Source: a virus
Taxonomy: Duplodnaviria; Caudoviricetes
DNA: 64,000 nucleotides
IMG/VR virus record: IMGVR_UViG_3300014204_000111
Span: 64,001 to 128,000 of that record
Strand: one strand, 5' to 3'
Both the position numbers and the translations under genes were made by a program. Shown here piece by piece: positions 1 through 10,892 of this stretch (the stretch's first letter is position 1; each line of letters begins with the position of its first letter). The notes under the pieces were generated by a model. It saw nothing but the letters and a program-made list of their open reading frames with translations, was not told where the DNA came from and did no database searches.

Positions 1-492
1 TATTATGGTTCGTAGATGGCTGGCAACAGGAATGCAAAGATAATGTTTTTAGAAACTTATGAAGAACAAGTAGAGTATATACGGTCATTTTTTTTAGATA
101 GGATATTATCAAAACCTAAAATAAGGAGAAGTAAATGTTTAATACAATAATGTTTTGGGCCTATTATCATTGGTGTAATTTAATTGTTTTGATTCCTATG
201 TTTGCTCTTTATCTGAGTTAATATGTGGGAAGACGTATATGAAGTATTAGAGAAAAAACAATTATACTTTAAGAATTTACTCAAAAGTGAAGCAGAAAGA
301 AAATTTAAAACTAAAGTTAAATATGGAAAGGCTTCTTTTCTTAGAAAAATTAAATTAATTTTTTTTGCTATTAAACCTAGACGAGGTATATCTAATGGTA
401 TTTATTATCGTTGGAGATGGAAATGGCTAAAACGTCGTTATCGTAAAACGAATAGTATTACTTACAAAGGAAAAAAGAAAGGAGAATTTTAG

Positions 493-981
493 TTGAATAT
501 TTTTGTTTTAGATTTATCTCCACAAAAAGCAGCACAGTATCATATGAATTCTCATGTTTGCAAAATGATTCTTGAATCTGCACAACTTTTATCTAACGCT
601 GTTTATGAAAATAATAAATATCTTTATGATATGCTGAATGAAAAAGGATTAATGTCTAAATATGCATGGTATAATCATCCTTGTTCAAAGTGGGCAGGGG
701 ATTCTGCTGATAATTTCGCATGGCTTTTAGAGTTGGCTCTTAATCTTTGTGAAGAATATTCTTACAGATATAAAAAAGTTCATAGTTATCAACCTAGACT
801 ATGGAGATACGCATCTATAGATTTAGAGGATATTACTTGTCCAATGACTCCTTTTTATTTAGCCATGCCAGATGATTGTAAGTCAAATGACCCTGTTGAA
901 TCTTATCGTAAATATTACATGAACTATAAAAGACACCTTGCTTCTTGGAAAATGAGAGGTTGCCCGGAGTGGTGGAAATGA
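493..981 (+). CDS. Pyrimidine-dimer DNA glycosylase (DenV/PDG)-like phage protein
   Basis: MNIFVLD...HVCKMILESAQLL...HPCSKW...N..WL and YRKYY...K...W motifs typical of this phage family. Confidence 0.75.
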   Translation: MNIFVLDLSPQKAAQYHMNSHVCKMILESAQLLSNAVYENNKYLYDMLNEKGLMSKYAWYNHPCSKWAGDSADNFAWLLELALNLCEEYSYRYKKVHSYQPRLWRYASIDLEDITCPMTPFYLAMPDDCKSNDPVESYRKYYMNYKRHLASWKMRGCPEWWK

Positions 982-1373
982 ACGAAGTAATAGTCATCTT
1001 ACTGTCTTTTTTTGGTGGTGTTTTTCTTCCGTTGTTTATTATAGGATTATTTTGGCTGTATGATAAGTATAATGAAAGAAAAAGACAAAAAATAGATTTA
1101 ACATCTAGACCTACTTTAAGTTCTTATTCAGTTGGTGATAATCCTACTATTTTTCAAGTTTGTTGGAATCAATTAGGAGAGTTACAAAGTCCTTTAGGAG
1201 AGTTACAAAGTCTTTTTAACAAGAGTGTTTTTATTCCTATTCATTATCAAAGAGAATTTACTAATCATCAAGACGCTCTTGATTGTTTTGATGAAGCAGT
1301 TAAAATAGTAGAAGAATATAAGAAGTCTCTTCAACCTAAGAAAGTAATTAAGAATCAGGATATAGACGTATGA
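945..1373 (+). CDS. Hypothetical membrane protein with a 21-nt tandem duplication (LGELQSP/LGELQSL)
   Basis: N-terminal hydrophobic helix; TTAGGAGAGTTACAAAGTC repeated at 1173 and 1194. Confidence 0.6.
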   Translation: MENERLPGVVEMNEVIVILLSFFGGVFLPLFIIGLFWLYDKYNERKRQKIDLTSRPTLSSYSVGDNPTIFQVCWNQLGELQSPLGELQSLFNKSVFIPIHYQREFTNHQDALDCFDEAVKIVEEYKKSLQPKKVIKNQDIDV

Positions 1374-1759
1374 ATATTTTCTAGTAGATTTTATTCTTCT
1401 TTGTATGGTGGTATTTACTGCTTATATTATTTGTCACATAAAGGACGTGATAGAAGACATCCAAGATAATAAAAGACAAAGAGAATATTCGGAAGAATAT
1501 GAAAGAAGGGTCTTAAAACTTAAAGAAGAATTTACAGTTCCTCTTCATGTTTTACAAAAGGTTTATGTTTATGAAGGAGATTTAGATGTTTGAAGCAATG
1601 TTTTATTTAAATTTTATACTTCTTTGTTTGATTGTTTATGTGATAGCAGATAGACTTGTTAAAGTAGAAAAGAAAGTCAAAGAATTAATTAAGAACGCAG
1701 AAGATAGATTAGAGAAACGTGTTTAAAATCTCGTAGCAATGGGTATAATGAAGTATAAT

Positions 1760-1847
1760 GGCCGTGTGGTGGAACGGGATACACGCAACACTTAGAATGT
1801 TGTGGCACTTTTGCCGGTGCTTGGAGGTTCGACTCCTCTCGCGGTCA
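1760..1847 (+). tRNA. tRNA-Leu(UAG)
   Basis: Cloverleaf; CAACA-CTTAGAA-TGTTG anticodon arm, long variable arm, GGTTCGACTCC T arm. Confidence 0.93.
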
Positions 1848-1918
1848 TTTTAAATATTGGCAGAAGTCAAAATATATGGGTAAAATAGTTGTATGTTATA
1901 TTTTAAGGAACATACAAC

Positions 1919-2629
1919 ATGGCTCAGAAAAGGACTTGGACTGACGAACAATTGACAGAGATTGTTAAATCTTCTATTTCAATTGCAGAGGTAACATTAA
2001 AATTAGGCTTGGTTATTGCTGGTGGAAGTGCTGCTTTGATTAAAAATCATATTAAAAGACTACAATTAGATATATCTCATTTTCATCGTAAGCAATGTTG
2101 TTCGGATGAATCATTAAAACAATTACATTTAAAACAGACATTTCCTATAGAGTCTATATTAATCAAAAATTCGACCTATAAGCATACTTCTACTTTAAGA
2201 CTAAGATTAATCAAAGAAGGACTTAAGGTTTATCAATGTGAGAATTGTCATTTGGAAGAGTGGTTAGAAGAACCAATTCCATTGCAATTGCATCATATTA
2301 ATGGGATTAGGGATGATAACAGAATTGAAAATCTTCAATTGTTGTGTCCTAATTGTCATGCTAAGACTGATACATATTGTGGTAAGAATGTCAACAAAGG
2401 TGTTAGAAAGGTCAGAGAAAAGAAGATTATAGAATCTAATAGTCTAAGACAAGTATCTATTGAAAAATTTCAAAGAATATTACCCGATGAAGTAATTTTA
2501 AAGAAATTATTATATAAAGGATTGTCTTGTACACAGATTGGATTTCTTTTTAATGTTACAGAAGCGGCAGTTAGAAAGTATTTAGGTAAATTAGGATTAT
2601 ATATTGCTGGTAAATATATAAGAAAGTAA
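1919..2629 (+). CDS. Free-standing HNH homing endonuclease
   Basis: CENC...LQLHHINGIRDDNRIENLQLLCPNCH; sits between two Leu tRNAs. Confidence 0.92.
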   Translation: MAQKRTWTDEQLTEIVKSSISIAEVTLKLGLVIAGGSAALIKNHIKRLQLDISHFHRKQCCSDESLKQLHLKQTFPIESILIKNSTYKHTSTLRLRLIKEGLKVYQCENCHLEEWLEEPIPLQLHHINGIRDDNRIENLQLLCPNCHAKTDTYCGKNVNKGVRKVREKKIIESNSLRQVSIEKFQRILPDEVILKKLLYKGLSCTQIGFLFNVTEAAVRKYLGKLGLYIAGKYIRK

Positions 2630-2630
2630 T

Positions 2631-2718
2631 GGACGAGTGGCGAAACTGGTAAACGCGCAGTTCTCAAAAATCTGTGGGGATAAACCTCTTGTGAGTTCGA
2701 ATCTCACCTCGTCTACCA
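2631..2718 (+). tRNA. tRNA-Leu(CAA)
   Basis: GGACGAG/CTCGTCT acceptor plus ACCA; loop CTCAAAA; long variable arm. Confidence 0.9.
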
Positions 2719-2855
2719 ATTTAAATTAGGTGTGAGATGTGGTTAAAGAAATTGATTATAAAGTTGTGGAATTGGCTTTTTTATCGTTATGATAAAGTTC
2801 CAGAGGGAGAACCTGAAGAGCAATATATAATGTTAAGTCGTGGTATTAAGATAAA

Positions 2856-2944
2856 GAGGAAGTAGGCGAATTGGCATAGCCACTCCCCTGAGACGGGAGA
2901 GAGGAAAACCACCTCGATTGCAGGTTCGAGTCCTGCCTTCCTCA
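2856..2944 (+). tRNA. tRNA-Leu(GAG)
   Basis: GAGGAAG/CTTCCTC acceptor; CTCCC-CTGAGAC-GGGAG anticodon arm. Confidence 0.92.
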
Positions 2945-2959
2945 TTATTAGGAGATAGT

Positions 2960-3580
2960 ATGTCACAATTGTCATTAACTAAAAACAGAGAACTAAGTAA
3001 TGAAGAGGTTTTAGAGTCATTAGTTAATCTAACTTTTGAGGATTTACCTGATAAATCTGTATCATTTCGAAGAGAGCGTACTATAATACCAACTAAGACC
3101 AAGAAGAATGCATCACAAGATGGAAAAATACAATTTCATCCAGATTTTAATGACCCAGATTATTTAGAGGCTATTCGTCTAGAAGCAGAAACAAACAGAA
3201 TTATTGCTCAAGAAAGAATAGATATGATGCAGATGCAAAGAGAGAGTAGAAATGCTCCTATAAATGTTGAGTTAACATATGTTGATAGAGAACCTAAATT
3301 TGTATATATTCCAGTTACTGAAATTGGGAATGGAAAGATTCATAGTATTCCTGTTAAGTTTGTTCGTGGTGGCACTTTAGTTTGGAACAATTATTTATCA
3401 CCAGAAATGCAAGATGTTATAGGATGGAGAGGCAAGATTAAAATTGAAGAAATATGGGATAGTGAGAAACAAAAAGCTTGTTTAATAAGTTGGCGTGATG
3501 AATTTAACTTGAGATATATAGATGTTGTTTATGTAGATTATATTGTCAATAAGCCAGAGTATGAGGTGATTAGTGAGTAA
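2960..3580 (+). CDS. Hypothetical protein
   Basis: AGGAG RBS before ATG 2960; the track's earlier start overlaps a tRNA. Confidence 0.7.
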   Translation: MSQLSLTKNRELSNEEVLESLVNLTFEDLPDKSVSFRRERTIIPTKTKKNASQDGKIQFHPDFNDPDYLEAIRLEAETNRIIAQERIDMMQMQRESRNAPINVELTYVDREPKFVYIPVTEIGNGKIHSIPVKFVRGGTLVWNNYLSPEMQDVIGWRGKIKIEEIWDSEKQKACLISWRDEFNLRYIDVVYVDYIVNKPEYEVISE

Positions 3581-3784
3581 AATATTTGAAGCATCTGTTT
3601 TAGAAGAGGGACAAGTTAGAGGAGTTAAGAGAATTAAAGAAGGTATTGGTTTTACTTCTCAAACTTATTATGCCGCAGAATGCGTTTGTTTAGATGGAGT
3701 ATTTGCCATTAAAACAAAATCTCCTTTAGAAGAAGGAGATATTATAGTTATCTCTTTATTGAAGGAAACAGAACAAATTAAAGA

Positions 3785-4426
3785 TTGTGTGCCAACTTCA
3801 GTAATAGGAGATTATGCTCCAAGCTCATTAGAGGATTAATTATGTTTTTAACTAGAGAATTAATACTTACAACAATTGCAGAGAATATGGCTCATACTTA
3901 CCAAGTGTGGATTTATAAGCATAATTCAGAAAAAGATATAACTACATTTTGTTCTTGGCTTGCACAAGGTATCATTAATGATTTAAGAAATCAATATGGT
4001 AAGACAATTCCAGAATCCATTTATAAAGATGTTAGAAATTTTTGTGCAAGTTCATATTGGGATTTGTACCATACTGTTCCTCTGTATAAGGCTCAAACTT
4101 TTAATATTGGAGAGCATAATTTTAATTGTATGGATACTGATGCTATTACTATAATGATAGTAAGAGATTACAAGGAAGGTCAAGAAATGCCGATGTATCT
4201 TGGTAGAACAAAAACTATAAAGGAAGAAAACAAGATGACTGAATTAGATAAAGTTATGGCTCCAGAAAAGACTCTTAAAGACCCAGAAGTAGTTATAATT
4301 GAACAAGGTTTACAGAATATTACAAATGCTGAAAGTGAATTGATAGAACTATTAAGTCGTTATTCTACTTGTATTTCTTCTGTAGAAACAATTGGTTCTA
4401 ATATAGTTGCTCTTTTTGCGGAATAA
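3785..4426 (+). CDS. Hypothetical protein; C-terminus similar to that of the next gene
   Basis: Ends IGSNIVALFAE versus LGNNIVKLFSE in 4430-4957; true start probably 3842. Confidence 0.65.
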   Translation: MCANFSNRRLCSKLIRGLIMFLTRELILTTIAENMAHTYQVWIYKHNSEKDITTFCSWLAQGIINDLRNQYGKTIPESIYKDVRNFCASSYWDLYHTVPLYKAQTFNIGEHNFNCMDTDAITIMIVRDYKEGQEMPMYLGRTKTIKEENKMTELDKVMAPEKTLKDPEVVIIEQGLQNITNAESELIELLSRYSTCISSVETIGSNIVALFAE

Positions 4427-4429
4427 ATT

Positions 4430-4957
4430 ATGATATATAAAGAGAGAGTAAAAACTAAACAATCAATGAAGAAAGATTATTTTCCAGAAAGAAAAGAAAC
4501 TTTAGAAGCTATCATTGAGTGTATAGATAGGTCTTGGAGTAAAACACTTCTTCATGCTCGATATAAAAAGTCAGCATATATGCATGATATTTTAGGGGTA
4601 TTTTTTTCTTATCTTCGTAACCAGATACGTTCAAGACTAGAACCTGATGATATGGTTCTTGCATTAGAAGTATGTATTGGGATTAATATTCTTTGTGATA
4701 GAAATAATTGGATAGTTCATGGTAGCAGACCTAAATTTAAATTGGATGCAATTACAATAGGTAATTCAATTTTTTCTGGAGAAGAGATTAATCAAGAGCT
4801 TAGAGATGAAATTTCAGACTTGCTCTTTATGGGCGAAGAGTTGAGGTTTATTGATAAAGGTATAGAACAACTAGAGAATATGATTGTTCAATATGAAGCT
4901 TCTATTGGTGAAGCACATAAACTAGGTAACAATATTGTTAAATTATTTTCGGAGTAA
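4430..4957 (+). CDS. Hypothetical protein
   Basis: Long ORF within the operon. Confidence 0.65.
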   Translation: MIYKERVKTKQSMKKDYFPERKETLEAIIECIDRSWSKTLLHARYKKSAYMHDILGVFFSYLRNQIRSRLEPDDMVLALEVCIGINILCDRNNWIVHGSRPKFKLDAITIGNSIFSGEEINQELRDEISDLLFMGEELRFIDKGIEQLENMIVQYEASIGEAHKLGNNIVKLFSE

Positions 4958-4961
4958 TATT

Positions 4962-5306
4962 ATGGCAGATGAAGTTAAGAAGACAGCGTTAGATACGTTG
5001 AACAGTATTATTGGTTTTGATGCGAGTAAGGACGCTCAAGCCGATGTTCGTGCAGGTACAAGTGGAGTCTTTGACGAAGTTTTAAAGACTGTTCGTGAAG
5101 AGCGGGATGCCGAGATTAAGGCTAAGGCGATTGTCCTTTTTAAGGATGCTATTACTCGCGCTAAGTCCTTGGCTAAGATTAAGAGTGATTTTGACAAGCT
5201 CTACCGGAAAGAAGAAGGTGAGTTAGTCAAGCTAGTCAAGCGTATCGAAGCTATGTCACGCGGCGAGGCTCCTCCAATTGATGAAGGCGAGAAGAAGGAA
5301 GATTAA
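4962..5306 (+). CDS. Hypothetical coiled-coil protein followed by a terminator
   Basis: GGAG RBS, ATG 4962. Confidence 0.7.
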   Translation: MADEVKKTALDTLNSIIGFDASKDAQADVRAGTSGVFDEVLKTVREERDAEIKAKAIVLFKDAITRAKSLAKIKSDFDKLYRKEEGELVKLVKRIEAMSRGEAPPIDEGEKKED

Positions 5307-5315
5307 TCTAAAATT

Positions 5316-5343
5316 GAAGGGAAGGGTCTTACCCTTCCCTTCG
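5316..5343 (+). terminator. Stem-loop, probable terminator
   Basis: GAAGGGAAGGG-TCTTA-CCCTTCCCTTC perfect inverted repeat. Confidence 0.65.
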
Positions 5344-5363
5344 CATCTAGCGAGGATTTAAAT

Positions 5364-5822
5364 ATGGAAATTTTAACAAGCGAAAACCCTATTCTTCATA
5401 AGCCTTGTGATACATTGAGTTTTGAAGAATCTTTAAAGATTGGTCTTAAGTTAAGAGAAAAATTAGCTGAAATTAACAAAGAGAGTTTTAATTCACTTGG
5501 TCTTTCTGCTCCTCAAATAGGAGAAAATGCAAGAGTTTTTGTAACACAATTTTTGCCAAATAGTGATATTGAAATTTATATTAATCCAGAAGTTATTTCT
5601 TTTAGTACAAAAAAGAAGTTTCTTCATTCCGAGGGGTGTCTTTCATTACCAGGGGACACATTTAATGCAGTTCGTTCTCTAACTTATACAATCAAATATA
5701 TCCAAGAATCAGGCGAATCTATTATACATTCTTATTATTATTTACAGAGCGCAATTATTCAACATGAATACGACCATCTCGAAGGTAGGTTAATATATCG
5801 TGGAATTTCAAAAACAGTATAA
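5364..5822 (+). CDS. def: Peptide deformylase
   Basis: GLSAPQIG, EGCLS and QHEYDHLEG motifs. Confidence 0.95.
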   Translation: MEILTSENPILHKPCDTLSFEESLKIGLKLREKLAEINKESFNSLGLSAPQIGENARVFVTQFLPNSDIEIYINPEVISFSTKKKFLHSEGCLSLPGDTFNAVRSLTYTIKYIQESGESIIHSYYYLQSAIIQHEYDHLEGRLIYRGISKTV

Positions 5823-6312
5823 TGATATATATAATAAATATAGAAATCAAATATACTTTCATATATATAAAAAAGTTCATAATATAGAAGATGCTGAGGA
5901 TTTAACTCACGAAGCTTTTATCAAAAGTATGAATCATATGGAAAAGAAGGGTATTCAAGAGGGAGTTCAAGCTCTTTTATATTTTGCTGCAAATAGTGTT
6001 ATTTCTAATTTTTTTCAAAATAAGAAAAGAAATGATGCTATTACTAGTCATGCTATTACAATATATAGAAACGAAGTTTCTAACGATTTTGATACAAACT
6101 TATTATTCTCTTCATCTCTCAAGGCTATATCTCCTTTTTTAACTAAAACAGAAAATAAAATCTTATTACTTCTAGAAAAAGACTTAACAACTAAAGAGAT
6201 GCAAGATGAATTGGGATTAAGTATGGATTATATAAGACGTAAAATAACACACCTTCGTAAACTATTAAAGGATACGTCTGAATATCGTATATTGCAAAGG
6301 AAATGGGAATGA
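5800..6312 (+). CDS. ECF-type sigma-70 family factor
   Basis: Region 2-like 'EDAEDLTHEAFIK' and C-terminal HTH 'LTTKEMQDELGLSMDYIRRKI'. Confidence 0.8.
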   Translation: MEFQKQYNDIYNKYRNQIYFHIYKKVHNIEDAEDLTHEAFIKSMNHMEKKGIQEGVQALLYFAANSVISNFFQNKKRNDAITSHAITIYRNEVSNDFDTNLLFSSSLKAISPFLTKTENKILLLLEKDLTTKEMQDELGLSMDYIRRKITHLRKLLKDTSEYRILQRKWE

Positions 6313-7182
6313 TGGTGTTGATTAACCAAGTAGCACCTATTGACAGTGCTATTAAATATGCAGAAAAATTACTACCATATCATTATGACACATTTGTATT
6401 GGCATTAATCCTCTCTGATGTGGATAGAATAAAAAAATCTTCTCTATTTATATCACAACCAATGAACTCTATTTTACAACGTGGATTTGTAGCAATAGGT
6501 AAATATAAGATTGAAGGAAAAGTTGTGGATGTTTATTTAATAACTGATGCAAGGAATTTCACAAAGAGTTTTATTTATACACATTTTGGTTTTGGTACTA
6601 TTAATAGTACCTCAGTAGAGGTTGATTTAGATGTTTAAAGTAGTTGATTGTCCTAAATGTAAGTCTCAAATAAGAGATTATGCTTGGAAAATTATAACAA
6701 TGAAACAGGAAGATATTCAACTTTCTGGATATGGAATAACGATTGGTTATAAAATAGAATATACGATAAAATGTCCTGTGTGTGACAATTTGTTGGAGAT
6801 AAATGAATGTTATTAGAAGAATGTGAGTATTTTAAATGCTTTCTTCTTACAACAAGAATAAAGCTTTTTAAATCAATTATTAATCATTGTCAAAAATATG
6901 ATGGTTATGATAAATATACTCATTATGAACAAATGTTTCTTTTAGAGACTAATATATCCTTTTTTAAAAAAAGACAATTTTTGATACAACAACAAACTAA
7001 ACAAAGTAGAAGAGCTTTATTTTTACCATCTAGTCATACAAATTGTGACATAAATTTAGTATGGAAAAAAATGGTTTATTTGTATCCTCAATTATATCCA
7101 ACTAATTTTATGGTATATGATTTGAATGATATTATCTCTTCTAAATTTAATTTTAAAGCACAACATGTAAGAGGAATATAAA

Positions 7183-7716
7183 ATGAGATACATATATTTA
7201 TTGTTAGTAATATTAATGATAGGTTGTACAAAAACCCAATCAAATACTAGTTTTGGTTATCATTGGATAACTCAACCTGTTAATATAAAATTTAGTGGTT
7301 GCTCTATCCAAGAAATAGAGTTAATTACTTCAGCTCTTGAAAAAACTAATCATTTAGATTTTAAATATAATATAAGCGATAAATCTCCTAATATTGAAAT
7401 TAAGTCTTATCAAGGAGCATGGACAAAAAGCTCTTCATCTTCGCCAACAGCGGAAGATAATATTGGTGGTAGGACTGACATGAAAGTAAAAGGAGCAGAA
7501 ATCAATTCAGTAACTATTTGGATGAATAGCTATATTCTAGAAGATAATGGAGGATATCCTACTGTATTTCAATCTGTATTTCTTCATGAGTATGGACATG
7601 CTATGGGAATGATACATAGTAATGATAGCCAAGGAATAATGAATGTTAATAATCCTTGGAAGGGACTAGAGTTTTATTCACAAAAAGAAATTAATATGAT
7701 TAATGAGAGATATTAA
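7183..7716 (+). CDS. Matrixin-like (metzincin) zinc metalloprotease lipoprotein
   Basis: Signal peptide with lipobox-like LMIGC; HEYGHAMGMIHS followed by a Met-turn (GIM). Confidence 0.85.
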   Translation: MRYIYLLLVILMIGCTKTQSNTSFGYHWITQPVNIKFSGCSIQEIELITSALEKTNHLDFKYNISDKSPNIEIKSYQGAWTKSSSSSPTAEDNIGGRTDMKVKGAEINSVTIWMNSYILEDNGGYPTVFQSVFLHEYGHAMGMIHSNDSQGIMNVNNPWKGLEFYSQKEINMINERY

Positions 7717-8122
7717 TGGAACATTTTTTTTACAAATATTTTAGAATTCAATGGTTAATCGGAATATGTGTATACAAGATTATGAAGTGTCTTTGTCTTG
7801 GCTTACTTGGCCTTTAACATTATTATTTATTAGTTATTTTAATGCTAAATCTTTAGCGGGAAATTTATTTAAATCCCTTAAACCTGTAGACCCTTTTGTT
7901 AAACGTCTTTTAGAAAAAGAGAAAGAATTAAAACAAGTTGAAGAGCAAAGAAATTTATTGATAAAACAGAAGCTACAGTAAATAAGATAATACTTGTACA
8001 AAAAGAAATTAACGTCAAGCAAGATTTGATAGAAGAAAAATTAGCAACTAAGGCTATTATTGACCATGTTTGAAACTTGGCTATAAGGGTATAATATGGT
8101 AGTCAACAACTAGGAGTTAATT

Positions 8123-9502
8123 ATGAGAACGCAATCGATTTTTCAAGAATTTCCGATTATTGGAATAAATGACTGGTATTCTATTAGCGAAGCTTATGCG
8201 TATTGGAAGAAGAATTTACAAAATGAGATAACAGTCTTTAATTTTCATTATCGTCAAGCTCCTTTTGGACATAATTATATTATTATGTGTGGAAGTCAAA
8301 CTGTATTTGACTTCCTTTCTGCGTATAAAAAGAGTTCTATTCCACAGAGAAGAGATTTTTGGACTAGAATATGTAAACAACAAGGAATTTATGACAGCAA
8401 ATTTCATCGTTATTTATATACTCTTTCATTTAATGATTTAGAGATTAAGAGTGCCAGAGAAGGTGATTTTGTCTTTGCTTATGAACCTTTGATGACAGTA
8501 AAAGGCTCTGTTGTTAAATGTCGCTTGTTAGAAGATTTAATTATTAATAGCATTAATTATGAAAGTGCGGTATGCACCAAGGCATTCCATATTAGCAATG
8601 TTACAATGAAACCTTTTGCTGAATTTGGTACAAGAAGATGTAAGGGATTTTTTTCTCCTCTTCAAGCTAGTCGTGCTGCATTAATTGGTGGCGCTTCTTC
8701 AACAGCTAACTGTTTAGCTTCCGACATGTATGGAGCAACATTATCTGGAACAATGTCTCATTCATGGATTGAATTTTGGCATGACCAAAAAACAGCCTTT
8801 AAGAAATGGGCAGAAATTTATCCTAAAGACCCTGTGTTTTTAGTGGATACATATGATATTCACACAGGTATTCATGATGCTATTGATGTAGCAAAAGACT
8901 TTGGTTATTCATGTGGTATTCGTTTAGATAGTGGAGATTTTGTTAAGTGGTCTCGTTATATTAAGATGGTTGCAGCAGAAGCACATGTACATGTAGATGT
9001 TATTGTTTCTGGAGATATGGATGAACATTCTGTTCAACATTTAGAGTCTTGTGGAGCAACAATTGATAAATATGGAATTGGAACTAAGTTAGTTGACCCA
9101 GAAAGAGTGGGTGGAGTTTACAAAATGTGTGAATCTATGCGAACATATATTTGTAAATTCTCAGAAGATGGGAAAGAAAGTTATCCAGGTAATTTAGTAA
9201 CTTGGAGAGTTAAAAACAGACAAATTTCAGATTATCCACTTTTTGATTATATTACTCCTAATGGTGATTGTTTTATTGGAGAAGGAAAAGCTGATGATTT
9301 ACAAGTAACTTCTGATTGGTTCAAAGATGATAAATATTGTAGTTCGTTTCAAAAGGCTAAGAATCTGTGCAATTATTCACGAAGGACAAATATGTTAATG
9401 ACACTAGAAGGACGTAGTTTAGATAATTATCAAGTTGTGGTTAATCCTATTATTTTGGCACATAAAATAATATTAAAACGTATTTATAGTGGAGGACGCT
9501 AA
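8123..9502 (+). CDS. pncB: Nicotinate phosphoribosyltransferase
   Basis: EFGTRR, GTMSHSW (phospho-His), LVDTYD, GIRLDSGD and YGIGT motifs. Confidence 0.9.
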   Translation: MRTQSIFQEFPIIGINDWYSISEAYAYWKKNLQNEITVFNFHYRQAPFGHNYIIMCGSQTVFDFLSAYKKSSIPQRRDFWTRICKQQGIYDSKFHRYLYTLSFNDLEIKSAREGDFVFAYEPLMTVKGSVVKCRLLEDLIINSINYESAVCTKAFHISNVTMKPFAEFGTRRCKGFFSPLQASRAALIGGASSTANCLASDMYGATLSGTMSHSWIEFWHDQKTAFKKWAEIYPKDPVFLVDTYDIHTGIHDAIDVAKDFGYSCGIRLDSGDFVKWSRYIKMVAAEAHVHVDVIVSGDMDEHSVQHLESCGATIDKYGIGTKLVDPERVGGVYKMCESMRTYICKFSEDGKESYPGNLVTWRVKNRQISDYPLFDYITPNGDCFIGEGKADDLQVTSDWFKDDKYCSSFQKAKNLCNYSRRTNMLMTLEGRSLDNYQVVVNPIILAHKIILKRIYSGGR

Positions 9503-9503
9503 A

Positions 9504-10073
9504 ATGAGAGCACTATTGATTATTGATTTTCAAACAGATTTTATCGAAGGCTCTCTAGCGATAAAGAGGGCAGGAGCAATGTTATCTCTTATAACAGAGT
9601 TGGCTAGAGAATTTTATAAAAATGGACTAGTAGTAACTACCCAAGATTCTCACCCATATAACCATTGTTCTTTTGAAGAGAATGGAGGTCAATGGCCGCG
9701 TCATTGTGTCAAAAATTCTTGGGGAGAAGATTTCTCATATAAGTTTAAATCAAATGTTTTGCCTTATGTAAGTTTCAATATTAAGAAAGGTGAACGCCCA
9801 GAATGTGATAGTTATTCTGCTTTTAAAGATGATGGTGGTCATGATACTGGATTAAAAAATTGGTTAACAGAGAAAGGTGTTGATGAAGTTTATATTGTTG
9901 GTGTAGCATTAGATTATTGTGTTAAAGCATCTGCTCTACATAGTGTTGAAAGCGGATTTAAAACATATCTTTTAACTGATGTTTGCAAAGGTGTTTCTCT
10001 TCAAGGCTCTTTATCTTCTATTGAAGAGATGGAAAAAGCTGGAGTAATTATTACTCGTTCGGAAGTGATATAA
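9504..10073 (+). CDS. pncA: Nicotinamidase/pyrazinamidase
   Basis: LLIIDFQTDF..GSL, QDSHP..HCSF, WPRHCV, KG..DSYSAF, GVALDYCV. Confidence 0.93.
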   Translation: MRALLIIDFQTDFIEGSLAIKRAGAMLSLITELAREFYKNGLVVTTQDSHPYNHCSFEENGGQWPRHCVKNSWGEDFSYKFKSNVLPYVSFNIKKGERPECDSYSAFKDDGGHDTGLKNWLTEKGVDEVYIVGVALDYCVKASALHSVESGFKTYLLTDVCKGVSLQGSLSSIEEMEKAGVIITRSEVI

Positions 10074-10892
10074 TGCCTAATTTAGAAGATGATGTAGAAA
10101 TTGTAACAAAGATTTGTAACGATTGTGGTAAAGAGGAGACTTGTATTCTCCATCATAGTAAATATAAGTGTTCTGTCTGTCGAGAGAAAGAAATCAAATA
10201 TATTATGGAAGAAACAAGAAAAGATTGGAAAATCCTTTTTTGTTTTATTATATTATTTGTTGCTTTCGTAGTTATTTCTATTATTTGGGTACTTATTACA
10301 TGTCTATAAAAATAGGTTCACAAGGTTTATGGATAGAACCTACAGATGAAGAAAAAGACGAAATTTTAAATAGACTTGTCATCAAAACTGGTAGAACTTT
10401 AGAAGAATGTTCAACTTTTGGAAGGTTGTGTTTCTGGAGAGAATTTAAAATGGAAACTAGTTTAGAGATGATGAATCTCACAGATATATGGATGATACAA
10501 CGAAAAGAAGAAGCGAAAGTGAAATGGCTAATTAAGTGGAGAATTATATGATAACAGAGTTTTTTAAAACAATTTATGGAAATTTGTTTGGTCGTTGGAC
10601 TTCTTATAGTTATGGATTTGGCTGGAAAGATGATTATGGAAACATTAGGATGAGGGAAAAGCCCTGGATGTCAAGTGATAAACCTATCACTGTCTTATAT
10701 CAAAAGAATTCGATTTCTAATAATCGTAGGAGTAAAGTTATTCCAGGGCATTTAACAAAACTAGAGTTAATAAATGAATTTAAAAATTATAATAAGGATA
10801 CATCTGAAGCGCAAGAAGATATGGTGTTAAGAGAATTAGATTTACTGTTAGCAAAAAAGATTAAAAATAAATAATAAATTAGGAGATTACAC

